Shown: piece after piece, positions 59,747 through 64,000 of the stretch | Position numbering within the stretch: position 1 is the stretch's first letter | Layout of the letters: every line of letters begins with the position of its first letter | Assembly: GCA_964035575.1 (NCBI GenBank) | Contig: OZ037845.1 | Coordinates: forward strand, 1,240,001 to 1,304,000 | Reading direction: 5' to 3' | Origin: Rhynchopus sp. YZ270_cl-10 | Lineage: Eukaryota | DNA length: 64,000 bases | Position numbers and translations under genes: made by a program | Notes under the pieces: model-generated | Seen by the model: only the letters and a program-made list of their open reading frames with translations | Database searches by the model: none | What the model was told of the DNA's origin: nothing

Positions 59747-61567
59747 ATGATGCAGAGCAATGTGGCCTGCGTGGTTCTAGCGTTTGCGGTGTCTGTGAGC
59801 GGGGGAGACCTGCCCCAGGCACCCCCTTCTGAAGTTATAGTGTATGACCTGCGGTATACCACAGAGCTGAACCCTGTGGCTGCGTGGGAGCATCAGCACT
59901 TTGTGACAGCGTTGGGTGGTATTGTGAACCGGAACAGCTCGCGTCTGTACGCCATCATCGACGACACAGCGATGTTGTGGTACAACTACTCAAGAGGCCC
60001 AGGGCGGTGGATGGAGTGGACTGTGTTCAAGGAGATCGTCGATATTGTTGATCTGTACACCTACTTCAAGGCTGATGTGCGTGGTGCCGCGCTATGGAAC
60101 CCTGATGTGCCTGCAACCTCGAATGTCGCCTCGACAGCGGCAGGGGTGATGGACCTGCTTCCTATTATGCGTGGTGGGGAGCTCGAGGTTGAGTTCGGGG
60201 CGTACGACCTGTCCGTTCTGCTTGACCTCACCCATCTTAAGAGCAAGAACGATGCCTACCGTTGGGCGATAGCGGAGTTCCTCACGTCGGGTCTGTGCAA
60301 CCCAAGGAAGCTTGCGTACTACGTCGACGCCTGGGCCGTCCTCAGCAACGCCACCGGCAGCCTTGCCACCTACATGCTCACGAAGGTCAGCAACCACGAC
60401 TACTTCATTGCAAACAAGGCCTTCTTCTTCGACCTTTCGATCTGGGACGACGAAGTGCCTGTGGACGACCCGACTCAGGCCCTAGGCACAGACTACAACA
60501 CAGCCATTACCATGCTCAACGAAACATACAGACTGTTGAATGGTTCAGAAATGGTTCATGTTGGGGGCTTCACGCCATGGTGGTTTAAGTACACCAAGGA
60601 GGGCCAAGGGTGTCCTAACTGCAAGCACGGTGGTGTGGAGACGGAGGACCAAACGATGTTCATTTTCACTGCGTTCAACTGCTTCGACGACGGCGATGCA
60701 TGCTGCGTCGGGTCTATGTCGAATGCTGCGCTGTGGCAGCACTTCCCCCTGCCGCACCAGATGCTGCAGGCCCCGCTGCCCACAACGAAGGACCTCGAGA
60801 AGCAGGGCCTCATCGTGAACGAGAGCATCGTGGAGCAGGCGTACTGTGCGTACTACGGGGGCGACTACGACGGCTCCTCCTGGGTGTACGGACAGCTCAT
60901 CCACAACTGGAACGACACCAACCGAGGCAAGACCCCCATCGGCTGGGCCATCGACTCCGAACTCTCAATGCGCTTCCCCATCATCTTCCCCTACCTCTAC
61001 GAGACGCGCACAGACAACGATTTCTTCATCATGGGCGACAGCGGTGCTGGGTATCTCAACCCTACACAGCTCTTCCCTCCACGCGCTGTGTCGAACATCA
61101 CGCAGTCGGGCGCCCCGGTGTGGACTGCGTGGAACGAGAAGTACTACACACAGTTCAACATCTCGCTGACGGGGTTTATCATTAATGCCAATGCGGGGCC
61201 GATTATGAACCAGTCGTATGATATGTTTCAGAAGTTCAGCCCGCAGGGTGTTGTTGCTGGGAGAGAGCAGGGTAGGGACTGGGAAGCGCTTGGGGATGCA
61301 TGGCTGCACAACGGCATGCCCGTCTTCCAGCACACTGACGACCTTCCCGACGATGCTGCCGACGCAGTCGCCATGGTCACATCTGTGGCACAGAAAGGCC
61401 CAAAGCTTGCCTTCTACGTCCACAGAACCATCCTCAAGACCGCCTCCTACATGCACGAAGTCGCAACCAACACCTCCTCTTCTTGCAAGTGGGTTGACCC
61501 GTACACGCTCTCCCTCCTTGCACAACTCACCGAACACGGCGAGCCCCCGGTTTCCCTTTTTAAGTAG
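59747..61567 (+). CDS. Secreted GxGYxYP-family putative glycoside hydrolase (bacterial-like)
   Basis: Signal peptide MMQSNVACVVLAFAVSVSG; YGGDYDGSSW, PIGWAID, DSGAGYLNP motifs; no introns. Confidence 0.8.
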   Translation: MMQSNVACVVLAFAVSVSGGDLPQAPPSEVIVYDLRYTTELNPVAAWEHQHFVTALGGIVNRNSSRLYAIIDDTAMLWYNYSRGPGRWMEWTVFKEIVDIVDLYTYFKADVRGAALWNPDVPATSNVASTAAGVMDLLPIMRGGELEVEFGAYDLSVLLDLTHLKSKNDAYRWAIAEFLTSGLCNPRKLAYYVDAWAVLSNATGSLATYMLTKVSNHDYFIANKAFFFDLSIWDDEVPVDDPTQALGTDYNTAITMLNETYRLLNGSEMVHVGGFTPWWFKYTKEGQGCPNCKHGGVETEDQTMFIFTAFNCFDDGDACCVGSMSNAALWQHFPLPHQMLQAPLPTTKDLEKQGLIVNESIVEQAYCAYYGGDYDGSSWVYGQLIHNWNDTNRGKTPIGWAIDSELSMRFPIIFPYLYETRTDNDFFIMGDSGAGYLNPTQLFPPRAVSNITQSGAPVWTAWNEKYYTQFNISLTGFIINANAGPIMNQSYDMFQKFSPQGVVAGREQGRDWEALGDAWLHNGMPVFQHTDDLPDDAADAVAMVTSVAQKGPKLAFYVHRTILKTASYMHEVATNTSSSCKWVDPYTLSLLAQLTEHGEPPVSLFK

Positions 61568-62280
61568 TCTTTTTTATAGTCTTCCCCAAGGATCCTCCTA
61601 GGGGAAAAATGTGTGTTATTGTGAGTGGCTTGATTATTTTGTCTTTAAAGTAAACCCACCCCCATGACGGTGAAATAAATGACGTGATTTGTGGTTTATT
61701 TGTGGTTTTACCGTTGTGACCCAACGGTGAAGTCATTCGTAAAACCAAAGTCATTTTACTTCAACGTCTTCGTGCACTTCCACATTTCTACATGTGAACC
61801 CACCCCACATATCAAAAGTGAGTTCTGCACTGGGGCGTAGTGAGCCACATTCCTCTGCGATAAGTGGGCCGGGGAGGGTTTTTTTTGGAAATAGAGCCGT
61901 GGTGGAGACGGCGTAAGGCAGTAGTCTTGTATCAGGCTATGTATCTATGTCACAATAGTGTATCCTGGTACAGGAGCAGGCCTTCAAATCATTAGTTTCT
62001 AGTTAGTTGCTGCACGGTTATGTAGGGTGATCTTCATATTTGTTTTTTTTTTTAGTCTTTCCCCAGTGCCTGCGCCCGCCGATGAACGGTGAGGCGTTTG
62101 CACTTCCGATTTCTTTTTGTTGAACTGGGGGGTGTCTTTTGAACTGCCCTGTGGTGGTAATCTCTCTCACAATGTGTTATATATTATTTGGGTCAGTTTC
62201 TGAGAGCCCAGGAACGTCTCGCAAACTTCTCTTTTCAGCAACGCTGCTGGTGCACAGTTAAAAAAAAGACACTCGCTTTT

Positions 62281-62315
62281 TAGGTGACTAAACACGAGAG
62301 GCTTAGGTTCATCTT
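62281..62315 (+). repeat. Dispersed hairpin family B, representative copy (others at 19369, 19851, 23879, 24697, 25502, 30621, 34725, 43319, 59217, 63101)
   Basis: Consensus AAGGTGACTAAGCACGAGAGGCTTAGGTTCATCTT. Confidence 0.9.
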
Positions 62316-64000
62316 CTGAACTTTTTTTTCTTTTTTTGAAGTGACGGAGCGAAGCGAGGCTTTTGTTAGGTCATCTTGACGTGTTTTTTTCTTATTTCTT
62401 CTTGACACATATTCGTCAAATTTTCTTTTTTTCTAATGTCTTTTCCAGGCAAAACCGTAAGTGTTTCTACACGGTTATACGTTTTTTTTCCCTTTCTTTT
62501 TTCTTTGTTTTATTGGGTCAGCACGAAGAGGGAGGAGCGGGGCAATTCCAGCAACCAAACAGCCCCCTATTTTTCTTTACTGCTGTTGCTGCTTGTGAGA
62601 AAGCTCCCTTTTTCCATTCAGCCAGGGTCGGCCTGCATCCGCAAGGATTGGGGCATGTTCGTGTGGTGACCTGTGTATTTTCAACGTGTTCCAGCGCGTT
62701 AATAGTAACGATGTGTGTGCACAAGAGGCACGTTCATCTATCAAGTTTTCTAATTTCGTGTTGCATTTTAGGTACACTGTCATGGGGCTTTGTATTTCAA
62801 GTCAACTTTTGTAACCCTTTGCTTGTATCTTTTGGAGGGTGGGGGTGGGATGGGATGGGTATCCTCTCTCCGTACGTGTGCGTGTGCTGTGCTTTCTGGC
62901 CACGCAACACATGTATTTTATTGTGTGTCTGAGGCCAAATGTGACCTAATCAGAGGATGAAGGTGTGAGATCGTCCTACCAACTTTGTGTTTGATTTTTC
63001 TTATGTTTATTTAACACCCAAAATGATGACCCCGAAAAAAAAAATAAATTGAAAAAGATTCTAAAGAACATGTCTCATGGAGTAACAGTGTCAGCTCTTT
63101 AAGGTGACTAAGCACGAGAGGCTTAGGGCCATCTTCTAAACTTTTCTTTCTTTTTTTTTGGCTAAGTCTTATCTTGCCAACATTTTCTATTTAGGGTTGC
63201 CAAATTCTTCAATACGTTGGCACCCTGAGGACACTGTCGGAGAGACCTTGCCCGTTTCTTTTCTTTTTATTTTGTTTGATTTCCTTGCATTTTTCCCCCC
63301 TGGGACATCCAAAGAACCATTATTTAAAAAATCCCAAAAATAACTGAACATTCTTTTCCTTTCAAAAAAAAACAAGTAATTGCTATCGGAAAAAAAACGG
63401 GGTGTGATGTGGAACTCCATCCTGTAGAAATAATCTACAACACGCCCAGCATTCTGCTCTTCTGCAGGTATGCTAACGCTCTTCGTACGCTGCCAGACCC
63501 ACTGGGACGCCTGCATCTGAAACGTTCAAGAAGGGGGGCTGTCCTCTTCGTCCAGCACCATCTGCTCGATAGCGTTGTTGGACGTCGTCTCGGCAGGCTC
63601 GGCGTGTTCCAGCTCGTTTTTGTCCACAGGCTTCCCACATTGTCGTCGTCGTTGGAGCAGTGCGGAAGGAACACAGAATGCACAGACTACAACACATCGA
63701 TCACACCAGGCGCATCAGCACCACCCAGCAAATCGCCAGGATGCTACGGTGGTTTCGAAAATCGCGCGGAGTTTTCCACAGCACACCCCGCTTTTTTCTT
63801 AGCAATTACTTGTCCTTGTTGTTTCTTAGCAATTACTTGTCTTTGTTGTTTTCAACCACCTTCCTTCAACCCTTGTAGGGATCAGTTGTTATTTTTTTCG
63901 CGAAAACATGAAATTACACATTTCAAGAGAACAAATTAAAAAGGGTCCTTATTTGCATTTTTGGGATTCACCCGTGCAGTGGTGGGGTCAATCTCGAAAA

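Noticed and set aside
63101..63135. Sarcin-ricin loop mimic (AGCACGAGAGG vs AGUACGAGAGG)
   Set aside because: The AGUA/GAA bulged-G motif is absent and the loop is the most variable part of family B.
63380..63700. Coding-like minus-strand fragment near the window end
   Set aside because: Short, frame-broken, no recognisable domain; cannot be supported as a gene.

Overview
Eukaryotic nuclear DNA. About 18 protein-coding genes all lie on the + strand, many split by short GT-AG introns whose 3' ends are often C/A-rich. This co-directional cluster, with 'MPPK..' and 'MFRRS..' N-termini, suggests a euglenozoan, probably diplomenid/diplonemid-like; this is an inference and the taxon cannot be proven from the window. 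Recognisable products: 5-oxoprolinase, a PlsB-family acyltransferase (GPAT/DHAPAT), a FYVE-less spastizin (ZFYVE26)-like protein, a CaMK-type kinase fused to LRRs, a centrin-like EF-hand protein, a secreted bacterial-like GxGYxYP putative glycoside hydrolase and a Crinkler/RHS-like P-loop NTPase + PD-(D/E)xK nuclease. Non-coding DNA holds nested TIR elements with target-site duplications, several MITEs, an in-frame triple-segment deleted copy of a neighbouring gene just upstream of the Crinkler-like gene, and a 3-copy tandem with an invariant 78-nt core. The most unusual signal is more than 30 short (35-95 nt) elements in 5-6 families, all seen in the transcribed orientation, in introns and intergenic DNA. 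Families A-C share a GAG(A)GG...TTCA(A/T)CTT-like motif, and family B is a G-U-containing hairpin that often starts at a (Y)nAG|GT junction. All alignments and folds were done by eye.
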